DNA of 64,000 bases, taken from positions 5,958 to 69,957 of the IMG/VR virus record IMGVR_UViG_3300032214_001563; one strand, given 5' to 3'. The notes beneath the pieces are model-generated. The model ran no database searches. It worked only from the letters and a program-made list of their open reading frames with translations, and was not told the origin of the DNA. The stretch comes from a virus. This document shows positions 36,377-46,524 of the stretch, in pieces (the stretch's first letter is position 1; every line of letters starts with the position of its first letter). The position numbers and the translations under genes are program-made.

Positions 36377-38007
36377 TAACAATAGCTTTTTCAACAAAAT
36401 CAGACAAACCAGAACTTATTGAACACTTTAAAAAATCCTCAGGATATGAAAAAGGTGTTAGAGTAATTCAAAAAATAAACAACGGAGAAAAATCTCTTTC
36501 TCAGGTTTACAATGAAATTCTGAATGAAACTCCCGATGACATCGTAATTTTTACGCATGATGATATCTATTTTGACACCTCAGCTTGGTATTCGAAAATT
36601 GTAAGAAATTTTGAAAAATATAACTATGGTATCATTGGATTAGCAGGAACACCCAGTCTCCCTTCATCTGGAATGTGGTGGGAAGACCGTAGAAAAATGT
36701 GTGGTATTGTAAATCATGAAAATCAAGGAAAAAAATGGGAATCAAAGTATTCACCCAGTTTCGGGAACGAACTCAGAGAAGTTTGTTTGGTCGATGGTGT
36801 TTTTATTGCGGTGCACAAACAACGAATTAAAAAAAACTTTGTCGAGGATTTTCAAGGGTTTCACTTTTATGATATCCCTTTCTGTGTCGAAAACTACCTG
36901 CAAGGTGTTAAAATAGGTGTTTGTACAAACATAAGAATAACCCATAAATCAATTGGGCAAACAAATCAACAATGGGAAGATAATAGAATCCTGTTTACTC
37001 AAAAGTATGCTGAGCATCTGCCAATTAAAGTACCGTTTGACCCAGAAAAAAAACTAAAAGTTTTAATTTCATCCATGTTTTTTCGGACTTTTACTGGTTC
37101 AGAGGTTTACGTCTACGAACTCGCTAAGTCTCTGCAAAAGCAGAATTGTGAAGTAACCGTGCTGTCACAAATAGGTGGACCATTAACGGATTTAGCAAGA
37201 AAAAATGGAATTAAATGTTATTCTTTTGAGGAGTCTCCTGGATTCAAAATGGGTGATGGAAAATGGTTGATAATGACTCCGGAAGGCAAACCACAACCCT
37301 CAAATCCAAATACTCTATACAAAACTGCTGAAGTAGATTTTGACATCATTCATATCCAACATAAACCAGTTGCGGAACGAATGATAAATCTTTACCCAGA
37401 CATTGAAAAAATCGCAACAATTCACTCAGAAGTTATTGAACTAGAAGACCCTATCATTCACAATTCTATTAAACATTACATAGCGATTAGACCCGAAATT
37501 AAAGACCATATTGTTAATAACTTTGGTATTCCACAAGAAAAAGTTTCATTAATTTATAATCCAGTAGATAAAGAAAAGTTTCCAACCCTAAAAGAAAAAA
37601 GTGATGGTTACATTTTGTTTGTTGGAACAGTAGATTACCTAAGGCAATTAGCGATTAAAGATGCTGCAGAATATGCAATTTCTTTAGGTAAAGAACTGTG
37701 GTTAGTTGGTGAAGATAAATCAATTTATCTTAAAAGTTATCTTGAAAACTCAAATATAAAACACTTCCCACCCACATGGAATCTTAAACCTTTTATCGAA
37801 GGTGCTTATGAAACTGCAGGAATCCAATTAGGTCGAACAACTATTGAAAGTTGGATGAGCGGAAAAAATAGTTGGATTTATAAAGTTAATCAAGATGGTG
37901 ATATTCTCTCCAAAGAAAAAACTTCACCACCAGATGACATAGAAAAATTCTATTCCGAAAATGTTGCAAAACAAATTAAAGAAGAATATCTAAAAATTTT
38001 ATCATGA
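36373..38007 (+). CDS. Bifunctional glycosyltransferase (GT2-like + GT4-like)
   Basis: N-terminal YNEIL..FTHDD..VDGVF..FHFYD; C-terminal TGSEVYVYELA..IYNPVD..GRTTIES. Confidence 0.75.
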   Translation: MITIAFSTKSDKPELIEHFKKSSGYEKGVRVIQKINNGEKSLSQVYNEILNETPDDIVIFTHDDIYFDTSAWYSKIVRNFEKYNYGIIGLAGTPSLPSSGMWWEDRRKMCGIVNHENQGKKWESKYSPSFGNELREVCLVDGVFIAVHKQRIKKNFVEDFQGFHFYDIPFCVENYLQGVKIGVCTNIRITHKSIGQTNQQWEDNRILFTQKYAEHLPIKVPFDPEKKLKVLISSMFFRTFTGSEVYVYELAKSLQKQNCEVTVLSQIGGPLTDLARKNGIKCYSFEESPGFKMGDGKWLIMTPEGKPQPSNPNTLYKTAEVDFDIIHIQHKPVAERMINLYPDIEKIATIHSEVIELEDPIIHNSIKHYIAIRPEIKDHIVNNFGIPQEKVSLIYNPVDKEKFPTLKEKSDGYILFVGTVDYLRQLAIKDAAEYAISLGKELWLVGEDKSIYLKSYLENSNIKHFPPTWNLKPFIEGAYETAGIQLGRTTIESWMSGKNSWIYKVNQDGDILSKEKTSPPDDIEKFYSENVAKQIKEEYLKILS

Positions 38008-38729
38008 TAAAAGTTGTCAGTTGTTTTTGGAATGCTGAAAAATACATAAGTAAATGTATTGAATCTTTGTTAATGCAAAGATTGAACAATTTTGAAGTGT
38101 ATTTGATTGATGATTTATCGGCAGACAATTCTGTTAATAAAATAAAAAAATTAGTTGGTGATGACCCCCGTTTTATTTTGATTCAAAATAAGGAGAAAAA
38201 ATTCAAACTCAGAAATCTTGATGAACTAATTAGAACATTTGACGATGAAGACGTTGTAATTGAGTTAGATGGTGATGATTGGCTTTATCTACCAACTGTT
38301 TTGTCTGAAATAGAAAAAGTGTATCGGGACCCATCTGTATGGATTACAAATGGGTCATTCATGTACTCAAATGGTTCAAAAGGATTTTCGGCAAAATGTA
38401 ATCCTAAGACAATAAGACGAGATGCTTTTCGATTTTCACACTTGAGAACTTGGAAAGCATTTCTTTGGAAAAACATACCCGTTGAAAATTTTAAAGAAAT
38501 TAACGGTGATTATTTTAAATCTGGTGCTGATGTTGCATATACCTTTCCTCTTTTAGAATTGGCAGGCGAAGAAAACTACAAATTTTTGCCAAACATACTA
38601 TATGTTTATAATGCGGACTCTCCTTACAATGACCACAAAGATGGAAGTGCCTGTGGAGGTTTATCCGAACAAATAAGAGTTGCTAATATAATAAGAAATA
38701 AAACCCCCCTTTTAAAACTCATAAGATAA
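38004..38729 (+). CDS. GT2-family glycosyltransferase
   Basis: NAEKYISKCIES, IDDLSAD, LDGDDWL. Confidence 0.85.
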   Translation: MIKVVSCFWNAEKYISKCIESLLMQRLNNFEVYLIDDLSADNSVNKIKKLVGDDPRFILIQNKEKKFKLRNLDELIRTFDDEDVVIELDGDDWLYLPTVLSEIEKVYRDPSVWITNGSFMYSNGSKGFSAKCNPKTIRRDAFRFSHLRTWKAFLWKNIPVENFKEINGDYFKSGADVAYTFPLLELAGEENYKFLPNILYVYNADSPYNDHKDGSACGGLSEQIRVANIIRNKTPLLKLIR

Positions 38730-39544
38730 TGTCAGAAGTAATATCAACAGCTTTCCTAATGGGCGGATTAGGAAACCAGATGTTCCAGGCCGCACATGCA
38801 CTTGCACAGGGTAAAAAAAATAATTTCCCGGTTAGGTTCAAATGTGAATCATGGACCCCTATGCAGGGTAGGCAAACTCCAGTTTATAAAGATAATATTT
38901 TTAGAAACTTGGATTTTAATTGGATAGACATTCCTTTGAACCGTATTGTTGAAGGTCCATGGGAATACTCGGAAATAGTTCCAGATTGGACTAAACCAAC
39001 TGAGTTTTATGGTTACTTTCAAAGTAGTCGTAATTTTTTGGGTTATGACAATTATATCCGTGAAATTTTTTCACCAAGTGAAGATTTTATCAAGGAAATT
39101 TATGAAAAATATCCACAACTCAATCAGGACAACACATTGTCTATACACATAAGATTGGGAGATTACACACAAAATCCTCATATTCATCCGTCTATTTCAG
39201 TAGAATATATCAATAGAGCACTCAATGAGATTGGTGAATATTCACATGTCTTTATTTTTAGTGAAGATAAGCAGTGGATTAGTGATAACATTTCTCTGGT
39301 AAATTCGACTGTTGTCAATGAGGAAGATTGGAAAGAAATGTGGATGATTTCTTTGTGTAAAAATAATATCAATTCAAACTCAACTTTTTCATGGTGGGGT
39401 TCTTTTTTGAATACAAATCCACATAAAAAGGTAATAGCACCTTCTATGTGGTTTGGTCCAAGTGGCCCACAAAACTATAAAGACATCTATGAGTCATATT
39501 GGACAGTACTAGATGTTGTTTATGATAATGGACTTTTAAAATAA
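38729..39544 (+). CDS. GT11 alpha-1,2-fucosyltransferase-like
   Basis: GGLGNQMFQ, GYFQS, SIHIRLGDY, NSTFSWWG. Confidence 0.88.
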   Translation: MSEVISTAFLMGGLGNQMFQAAHALAQGKKNNFPVRFKCESWTPMQGRQTPVYKDNIFRNLDFNWIDIPLNRIVEGPWEYSEIVPDWTKPTEFYGYFQSSRNFLGYDNYIREIFSPSEDFIKEIYEKYPQLNQDNTLSIHIRLGDYTQNPHIHPSISVEYINRALNEIGEYSHVFIFSEDKQWISDNISLVNSTVVNEEDWKEMWMISLCKNNINSNSTFSWWGSFLNTNPHKKVIAPSMWFGPSGPQNYKDIYESYWTVLDVVYDNGLLK

Positions 39545-39551
39545 AAAAATT

Positions 39552-40361
39552 ATGGTAAAAATTAATATGCTTTCTAGGAACTTTGCACACGACAAAGGTT
39601 CCACTGCTAATAAACCACCAGTACATATTGAGTGGGCTTTCAATTCACATGACAATCCAATCTCTGTTTACCTTGACAATGATTTACACAAGGGTATTCA
39701 AGAAAAAGATAATGGACGACTTAAGTTTCTTTGGCTTATCGAATCTATGAAATTTGATGGTGGGGCAACTAGTACGATTTTGAGTAATCCAGAACCTGTA
39801 ATAGAAACCTATGAACAAATTTGGACACATAACCAAGAATTACTAGCATTACATCCAAAATTCAAATGGGCTCCAGCATACGGTAGTTATATTACAGATT
39901 TCGGCATTCATCCTAAATCTAAATTAGTTTCTATGATTGTTTCAGATAAGAGATGGACAAAACAACATGAAATTCGTCATGACTTTTCAAGAGTCAATGC
40001 AGACAAAATGGATGTTTTTGGTAGAGGAACTAAAGAGATTGTAAAAAAAGAAGAAGGTCTAAAAGATTATATGTTTTCGTTTGCTGCAGAAAACGACACA
40101 TATGACACCTATTTTACTGAAAAAATATTAGATTGTTTCGCAACAGGAACAATTCCTATTTACATGGGAACACCAAAAATTGTTGAGTATTTCAACCCTG
40201 ATGGTATTATGTTCTTCGATGGTACGTTTGACTTTAGTGTTTTAACGCCTGACCTTTATCACTCAAAAATGGACGCAATCAAGGACAACTTTGAACGAGT
40301 TCAAAAATATAGTATTTTGGACGACTGGTTGTTCGAAAATTACTTAGTTCATTATGTCTAA
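39552..40361 (+). CDS. GT10 alpha-1,3/4-fucosyltransferase-like
   Basis: YMFSFAAEN...YFTEKILDCFATGTIPIYMG. Confidence 0.8.
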   Translation: MVKINMLSRNFAHDKGSTANKPPVHIEWAFNSHDNPISVYLDNDLHKGIQEKDNGRLKFLWLIESMKFDGGATSTILSNPEPVIETYEQIWTHNQELLALHPKFKWAPAYGSYITDFGIHPKSKLVSMIVSDKRWTKQHEIRHDFSRVNADKMDVFGRGTKEIVKKEEGLKDYMFSFAAENDTYDTYFTEKILDCFATGTIPIYMGTPKIVEYFNPDGIMFFDGTFDFSVLTPDLYHSKMDAIKDNFERVQKYSILDDWLFENYLVHYV

Positions 40362-41064
40362 AGTGTGTGTTATAAATCAACCTGCTGGGTTAGGAGATAT
40401 CTTTTTTTTACAGAAATTTGTTGACAAAAAAATATCAGAGGGTTTTGAGGTTATATTCCCCACCATAAGCTCTTTGATTTATGTTAGAGATTACATAAGA
40501 AAAGATGGTTTAACCTTTTATGCTCAAAATGAAGATTTCCCCCACAAGGGGATATTAGGAAGCCAAGAAATTATCAAAAATGAAAGTCTAGAATATTATC
40601 CGTTTCATGTTGCAGACCGTCATGTTCCGGGTTCTTGTATGGAAGCAAAATATAGTTTTGTTGGAGAAGATTTTGTCGGTTGGCAAGACCACTTTAATTG
40701 GATAAGAAACAAAGAAAAAGAAAATAATCTTTTTTATAATATTTTAGGTTTAAAAGATGACGATGAATATTCTCTGGTATCAAATGTTTGGGGTACTCCA
40801 CCTACAAACAATTACCGAGATGTACCTACAAGCGGAAAATATAAAGTAGTTCACATCCAAATGTTGGATGGGTATAATCCGTTTGATTGGTCGAAAGTAA
40901 TTGAAAATGCAAAAGAAATATCAATAGTGGATACATCTTTTAATTATTTAATTGAAAAACTTAATACGAAAGCTGAAAGGCTTTATTTAACTTCAAGGTT
41001 TACTCCCCCCAATTTTTCTCATATTATTAACCTATTCAAGACAAACTGGATATATCAAAATTAA
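40354..41064 (+). CDS. Putative GT-B glycosyltransferase
   Basis: N-terminal QPAGLGDIFF; C-terminal VIENAKEISIVDTSF, GT9-like; cluster context. Confidence 0.5.
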   Translation: MSKVCVINQPAGLGDIFFLQKFVDKKISEGFEVIFPTISSLIYVRDYIRKDGLTFYAQNEDFPHKGILGSQEIIKNESLEYYPFHVADRHVPGSCMEAKYSFVGEDFVGWQDHFNWIRNKEKENNLFYNILGLKDDDEYSLVSNVWGTPPTNNYRDVPTSGKYKVVHIQMLDGYNPFDWSKVIENAKEISIVDTSFNYLIEKLNTKAERLYLTSRFTPPNFSHIINLFKTNWIYQN

Positions 41065-41065
41065 A

Positions 41066-42049
41066 ATGAAAAAGAAATTTCTAATCACAGGAATCACAGG
41101 TTTTGCCGGACCAAACTTAGCAAAACTTTTATTGAAAGAAGGACATGAAGTACATGGAGTTATTAGATGTCCTAACGGAAGACAGACAGATTTATTAGAC
41201 ATCCTCACAATTGATGAACTAAATTCTATCACTTTCCATAATCTCGACTTGAGACTTTATCATAGTGTACAGAAGTTATTTTCTACACAAAAGTTTGATG
41301 GTGTATTTCACCTTGCGGCACAATCACATCCGCCAACCAGTTTTTCTGACCCAATTTTGACGTTTGAAGAAAATGTTACTGCAAGTATGAATATCATCAC
41401 TTGCTTGGATAATACAGACACTAAATTAATGTTCTGCTCAACATCAGAGGTTTATGGCGATACCTGTAAAGACCGAGGTATTCTAAGCACAACCGACCCT
41501 TTGACACCACACAATCCATATGCAGCTTCTAAAGCAGCCATTGACTTGTATTTGCAAGAGCGTTTTAAAAATGGATTTATCAAAGGATTTATCACACGAG
41601 CATTCTCACACACAGGACCCCGTCGTGGTTTCAACTTCTCCATTTCATCTGATGCATACCAGATTGCACAAATGGTTCTTGGTAAACAGGAAAAAGTATT
41701 GAGAATTGGTAATCTTAACACTGAGAGAGTCGTCATTGACGTAAGAGATTGTGTTAATGCGTACTACCTTCTTATGATGACTGAAGAATCAAATGGTAAA
41801 GTATTCAATGTTTGTGGAACTGAAAAACACAAAATGCAATACTTTACAGATAAATTGATTGAAGCATCGGGTATTCCTTATGATGAAATCGAACAACGCA
41901 TCGATGATAAGTTGTACCGACCAATCGATATTCAGGTACAAATTGGAGACTCAACAGAACTCAAAGAAATTACAGGTTGGGAGCCAACCTACACGATTGA
42001 GGAAACTATGAGAGACCTTCTAAACTACTGGATAAATAAATTGAAATAA
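41066..42049 (+). CDS. GDP-sugar 4,6-dehydratase (Gmd family; WcbK/DmhA heptose-dehydratase-like)
   Basis: ITGITGFAG, HLAAQS, STSEVYG, YAASK, HTGPRRG, DVRDCV, RPID, DLLNYW. Confidence 0.8.
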   Translation: MKKKFLITGITGFAGPNLAKLLLKEGHEVHGVIRCPNGRQTDLLDILTIDELNSITFHNLDLRLYHSVQKLFSTQKFDGVFHLAAQSHPPTSFSDPILTFEENVTASMNIITCLDNTDTKLMFCSTSEVYGDTCKDRGILSTTDPLTPHNPYAASKAAIDLYLQERFKNGFIKGFITRAFSHTGPRRGFNFSISSDAYQIAQMVLGKQEKVLRIGNLNTERVVIDVRDCVNAYYLLMMTEESNGKVFNVCGTEKHKMQYFTDKLIEASGIPYDEIEQRIDDKLYRPIDIQVQIGDSTELKEITGWEPTYTIEETMRDLLNYWINKLK

Positions 42050-42627
42050 TGGGAGCTTTACATCATCACAATATTGGCGATTACATTGCAAAATACAATC
42101 TAAAACATTATGTTGAAACAGGAACAGGTATGGGTGAATGTTTGCAACATGCCTTATCTTTTGAATTTGAAACTCTCTCTTCGATTGAGATTTATCCCAA
42201 AGTATATGAGTCTGTAAAAGAAAAATTTACTCAAACAAAAGCAAAAGTTTTTTTGGGCAACTCTTACGAAGTTTTACCCGAGATTCTTAATGAAATCGAG
42301 GAACCTGTTTTATTTTTTCTTGATGCTCATTTTCCTGGTGCTGATTTTCATTACGAAACATACACTAGCACTTCAGACTATGACACAAGACTTCCTCTAG
42401 AAAGAGAGATAAAAACAATCAATAATAGTCGGGATATTTCAAAAGATGTTTTTATTATTGACGATTTGAGAGTTTATGAAGACAACAATTTCAGCGATGG
42501 TAATTGGCCATTAAGGGCACAAGCCGGAGGAAACGGAATTGATTTCGTACATGAAATTTTTGATGGTTCCCACAATATTGAAAAAGACTTGCGTCATCAA
42601 GGTTTTTTAATTATTACCCCAAAATGA
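42049..42627 (+). CDS. Class I SAM-dependent methyltransferase-like
   Basis: YVETGTGMG, SIEI, GNS, FFLDAH, IIDD. Confidence 0.65.
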   Translation: MGALHHHNIGDYIAKYNLKHYVETGTGMGECLQHALSFEFETLSSIEIYPKVYESVKEKFTQTKAKVFLGNSYEVLPEILNEIEEPVLFFLDAHFPGADFHYETYTSTSDYDTRLPLEREIKTINNSRDISKDVFIIDDLRVYEDNNFSDGNWPLRAQAGGNGIDFVHEIFDGSHNIEKDLRHQGFLIITPK

Positions 42628-43421
42628 TTCATTTAGTAACAAATTATCAATCTAATTATCAAGAAGACCCTGTAAGATTTTTAAACTTTGATGAGTACGG
42701 CGAAAACACAAAAGATTGTTTAATCTTTGTAGGGGCACATCCTCATGATTCAATTTTTGAAAGTTCCTCTTTACCCAAATATTTTTTTTCAACTGAAGAA
42801 CAAACTTGGGATTTGGACACGACAGACAAGTACATAAATTATGTTGAAAAAATATTTACAATTTGCGACCCAAAGGTAACAAACAGAGTTAAAAGAGAGT
42901 TTTCATTTTTTCCAACAAACAAGAATCTATTACCACTTTCTTTTGATAAAGAGTATGATGTTATTTATACTGGTTACGCAAATGCTCCTCATGTTGACGA
43001 ACTTTTAAACGTAATAAAAAATTACAAGTATGCGTACGTATCATTCAGTAATACTAATCCTTTAGTGACGCATTTTCATGTCGATTACAAAACAAAGTTC
43101 GATTTGATTAGTAAAAGCAAAATTACCGTTGTTCACAATTTGACAGCTAGTTATACTCCACAACTGAAAAGTAGACCTTTTGAGGCTGCTTTCGGAAAAT
43201 CTTTAATATTGTGCAAAAGAGATGATTGGAACTTTTTATCAACATGGTTTGATGAAGGTACAGAATTTTTGTATTACAACAACGCACAGGAATTACAAGA
43301 AATAATTAACGATGTGCTTTCAAATTATGAAAAATACATACCAATAATTGAAAATTCGTATCGTAAAGCCATGGATAACTACACCACCGAGGCATTTGTA
43401 AAAAAACATTTTGGTTTATGA
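42624..43421 (+). CDS. Glycosyltransferase (CgeB / Glyco_trans_1_2-like)
   Basis: YDVIYTG, SKITV, KSRPFEAA...FDEGTEFLYY. Confidence 0.7.
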   Translation: MIHLVTNYQSNYQEDPVRFLNFDEYGENTKDCLIFVGAHPHDSIFESSSLPKYFFSTEEQTWDLDTTDKYINYVEKIFTICDPKVTNRVKREFSFFPTNKNLLPLSFDKEYDVIYTGYANAPHVDELLNVIKNYKYAYVSFSNTNPLVTHFHVDYKTKFDLISKSKITVVHNLTASYTPQLKSRPFEAAFGKSLILCKRDDWNFLSTWFDEGTEFLYYNNAQELQEIINDVLSNYEKYIPIIENSYRKAMDNYTTEAFVKKHFGL

Positions 43422-44068
43422 AAAAATATTCTTTTAAAGAAGAAAATCAATCACCTTGGATAACGGAAATATACAATCAATATCTAGATTATAGGTTAAC
43501 AGGGTTGATTGTTGAAATAGGCGTTGGTCACACTTTAAAAAATGTGGATGACATTATTCCCGAAGATAATGAAAATTATAAAAGGTGTGGAAGTAATTCT
43601 GCTGATTTGATAGATTTAGGCTGGAACGCAATTTTTATCGAACCAGTAAAAGAATATTGTGATGAAGTTAAAATTTCTCATAAAAACAATTTAGACAAAA
43701 TAAAAATTGTAAATTTAGCGGCCTCCGACATAAATGAAGAATTATATTTGTCGATGGGAGATATTGTATCACACAAACAAACAACATCAAAAAAATACAC
43801 TTGGATAGGTCGTAAAATATATTCAAAAAAAACATCAGAAATTCTATCAGAGCATGATTGCCCTAAAGAAATAGATATTATGTCCATTGATGTTGAGGGC
43901 TTTGAGGCAAAAGTTTTACAAGGACTAAACTTTAATATACACACACCCAAAATATTAATCGTAGAAACTAACATCATCAATTCAAGTGAAATAGAAAAAC
44001 TTTTACCATCAACATATAAGAAAATAAAAGAAGATTCTTTAAATACTGTTTGGGTTAATAATGCATAG
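43418..44068 (+). CDS. FkbM-family methyltransferase
   Basis: VEIGVG, GWNAIFIEP, IDIMSIDVEGFE, PKILIVE. Confidence 0.8.
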   Translation: MKKYSFKEENQSPWITEIYNQYLDYRLTGLIVEIGVGHTLKNVDDIIPEDNENYKRCGSNSADLIDLGWNAIFIEPVKEYCDEVKISHKNNLDKIKIVNLAASDINEELYLSMGDIVSHKQTTSKKYTWIGRKIYSKKTSEILSEHDCPKEIDIMSIDVEGFEAKVLQGLNFNIHTPKILIVETNIINSSEIEKLLPSTYKKIKEDSLNTVWVNNA

Positions 44069-44459
44069 TATGGAAAAACCGATGATAATTAATACTCATG
44101 AGTGTCCGGAATGTAAAATTCCAAAAGGTTGGGGACATGAAGTCATTTTTGAAAACAATGAGCTTTATTGTGGAAAATTGTTAGTGTTTAATAAAGGGTG
44201 TTCATTTTCTATGCACTATCACATGATTAAAGACGAAACATGGTATGTTCAAGAAGGAGAGTTTATCTACAAATGGATAGACACTGAAACTTCAGAAATA
44301 GTACAAGAGGTTTTAACTCCTGGAGACAGTGTAAGACAAAGACCTGGTCAACCACATCAACTCGAGGCATTAACTGATGGAGTTATCTATGAAGTTTCAA
44401 CACAACATTTCGATTCAGACTCCTATAGAGTTTGGAAAGGAAAATGTCAGAACCTGTAA
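44061..44459 (+). CDS. Cupin-fold sugar isomerase/epimerase-like protein
   Basis: [33 protein letters not shown]. Confidence 0.8.
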   Translation: MHSMEKPMIINTHECPECKIPKGWGHEVIFENNELYCGKLLVFNKGCSFSMHYHMIKDETWYVQEGEFIYKWIDTETSEIVQEVLTPGDSVRQRPGQPHQLEALTDGVIYEVSTQHFDSDSYRVWKGKCQNL

Positions 44460-44848
44460 AAGTTTGGGTAAATGGCACGTTTGATGTACTTCACCGTGGT
44501 CATCTAGAACTATTCGAATTTGCTTCAAAGTTAGGGAAACTCCGAGTAGGAATTGATAGTGATGAACGAGTAAAGAAACTCAAAGGCGAAACGCGTCCCA
44601 TAAATTCGTTTTTTGATAGAAAATATTTTTTAGAATCTTTAAGTTTTATAGATAGTGTTGTTGAGTTTAACACGGACGAAGAGTTAATCCAACATATTGA
44701 AAATTGGGAACCAAAATATTTTGTAATAGGTACTGATTACTACGGAAAAAATATTATAGGAAGAGATAAAGCGCAAAACATGGTATATTTTGAAAAAATT
44801 TCAGGATATTCAACCACAAACATTATTCAAAAATGTACAAAATATTAG
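44444..44848 (+). CDS. Heptose-1-phosphate nucleotidyltransferase (RfaE domain II / HldC-like)
   Basis: [40 protein letters not shown]. Confidence 0.85.
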   Translation: MSEPVKVWVNGTFDVLHRGHLELFEFASKLGKLRVGIDSDERVKKLKGETRPINSFFDRKYFLESLSFIDSVVEFNTDEELIQHIENWEPKYFVIGTDYYGKNIIGRDKAQNMVYFEKISGYSTTNIIQKCTKY

Positions 44849-45582
44849 TGATTGGTGAAAGTTGCCTGGACATTTTTACCTACGGGGATGTTGAAAGACT
44901 TTCCCCTGAAGCTCCGGTACCAGTTTTCAAACCTAAAGAGGACGTAACAAATCAAGGTATGGCTGGGAACGTAGTCAAGAATCTTGAAAAAATATCCCCA
45001 GAATCTTCTGTGATGTTTTTAACCCAAAAAGAAAAAATTACAAAACAAAGAATGGTGGATAAGAAAACTAATCACATGTTGATTAGAATTGATACGGGGG
45101 AAAATTATAAAGTATCACAGCTAGTTTTGAACCCACAAGTCAAAACGTTAATACCAGATTTTGATGTTGTTATTGTAAGTGATTATAACAAAGGGTTTAT
45201 AACTGAAGAAACTTTTATTGATATTGGTAAAAAATCCAAACTTATGTTTGTTGACACGAAAAGAATTTTGACTCAAAAAATCATAGATGTTTGTGACTTT
45301 ATTAAATTGAATCAACAAGAGTACATAAACAACAAAAAAATTGTAGACGAAAATCTTGAAAAGTTTGTTATCACCTTAGGGTCAGAAGGTGCACAATATC
45401 TTCAAACTAAATACCCCTCCCCTAAACCTCAGGAAACAATTGATGTCAGTGGCGCGGGTGATACGTTTATAGCGTCTTTAACAATCAAATATTTAGAAAC
45501 AAAAAAAATTACAGAAGCAATAGATTTTGCTAATAAAATGTCTTCTTTAGTAGTCTCAAAAAGAGGCGTAGTAACTCCATAA
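44833..45582 (+). CDS. Heptose-7-phosphate kinase (RfaE domain I / HldA-like, PfkB family)
   Basis: [31 protein letters not shown]. Confidence 0.85.
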   Translation: MYKILVIGESCLDIFTYGDVERLSPEAPVPVFKPKEDVTNQGMAGNVVKNLEKISPESSVMFLTQKEKITKQRMVDKKTNHMLIRIDTGENYKVSQLVLNPQVKTLIPDFDVVIVSDYNKGFITEETFIDIGKKSKLMFVDTKRILTQKIIDVCDFIKLNQQEYINNKKIVDENLEKFVITLGSEGAQYLQTKYPSPKPQETIDVSGAGDTFIASLTIKYLETKKITEAIDFANKMSSLVVSKRGVVTP

Positions 45583-45585
45583 AAA

Positions 45586-46524
45586 ATGAAAAAATTTATA
45601 GTAACAACAACAATTAATTATCCAACGGAAGCCACAATAAAATTCTGTGAAATCTCAGAAAAAAAAGGTTTTACATTTGTAATTGTCGGTGACACAAAAA
45701 CACCTCATGATGAGTACAAAAATTTAGAAATAAAATACCAAAATGTAATTTATTTGTCTCCAGACCAACAAGAAATTCTTTATCCAGAGTTGTCAGAGAT
45801 TATAGGGTGGCGAACAATTCAACGTCGTAACGTTGGCTTTGTATATGCTTATCGGAAAGGTGCTGACATAGTTGCTACTGTTGATGATGATAATATTCCA
45901 TATGATACCTGGGGTGATAATATTATGGTTGGAAAAGAAATGATTGTAGATTTATATGAGAACATTTCATGTCCATACTTTGATGCTATATCCACAACAG
46001 AACATAAAGACTTGTGGCACCGTGGATTTCCTATCGAGTACTTACAGGTTAAAAATAATATTGAGTATAAAGGTCAAACAAGAATTACTCCATTGGTGCA
46101 AGCAGAATTTTGGGACGGTGACCCAGATATTGACGCAATTTGCAGATTGAGTAAAAAACCTATTGTTAAGTTTAATAAATTTGAGCCTTTTACAACAAAT
46201 CAATTAACACCATTCAATTCCCAAAATACTTTTCTTCACAGAAGTGTTTTGAAAAATTACTCTGTTTTTCCATTTACAGGCAGAATGGATGACATCTGGG
46301 GTGCTTATGTCATGCAACATCACCACCCTAATTCTGTTGTGTTTACTCAAGCTTCCGTCTACCAAGCGAGAAACCCGCAAGACCTTGTAAAAAATCTAGA
46401 GAATGAAGTTATTGGTTATAGAAACACATTAAAACTTCTAGAAGATTTACCAAATTATAAGAATATACTTCCAGAACAAAGTGTAGTATATTTTGAAATA
46501 TACCAAAAATATTTTGACAAATGA
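45586..46524 (+). CDS. STELLO / reversibly-glycosylated-polypeptide (GT75-like) protein
   Basis: IVTTTIN.PT, VGDTKTP, RRNVG, DDDN, HRGFP, DPDIDAI.R, FNSQNT, RMDDIW. Confidence 0.75.
   Translation: MKKFIVTTTINYPTEATIKFCEISEKKGFTFVIVGDTKTPHDEYKNLEIKYQNVIYLSPDQQEILYPELSEIIGWRTIQRRNVGFVYAYRKGADIVATVDDDNIPYDTWGDNIMVGKEMIVDLYENISCPYFDAISTTEHKDLWHRGFPIEYLQVKNNIEYKGQTRITPLVQAEFWDGDPDIDAICRLSKKPIVKFNKFEPFTTNQLTPFNSQNTFLHRSVLKNYSVFPFTGRMDDIWGAYVMQHHHPNSVVFTQASVYQARNPQDLVKNLENEVIGYRNTLKLLEDLPNYKNILPEQSVVYFEIYQKYFDK

Noticed and set aside
42624-44068. Apparently more AT-rich GT/FkbM pair as a recent insertion
   Set aside because: Only a visual impression; no boundaries or repeats seen and GC content was not computed.
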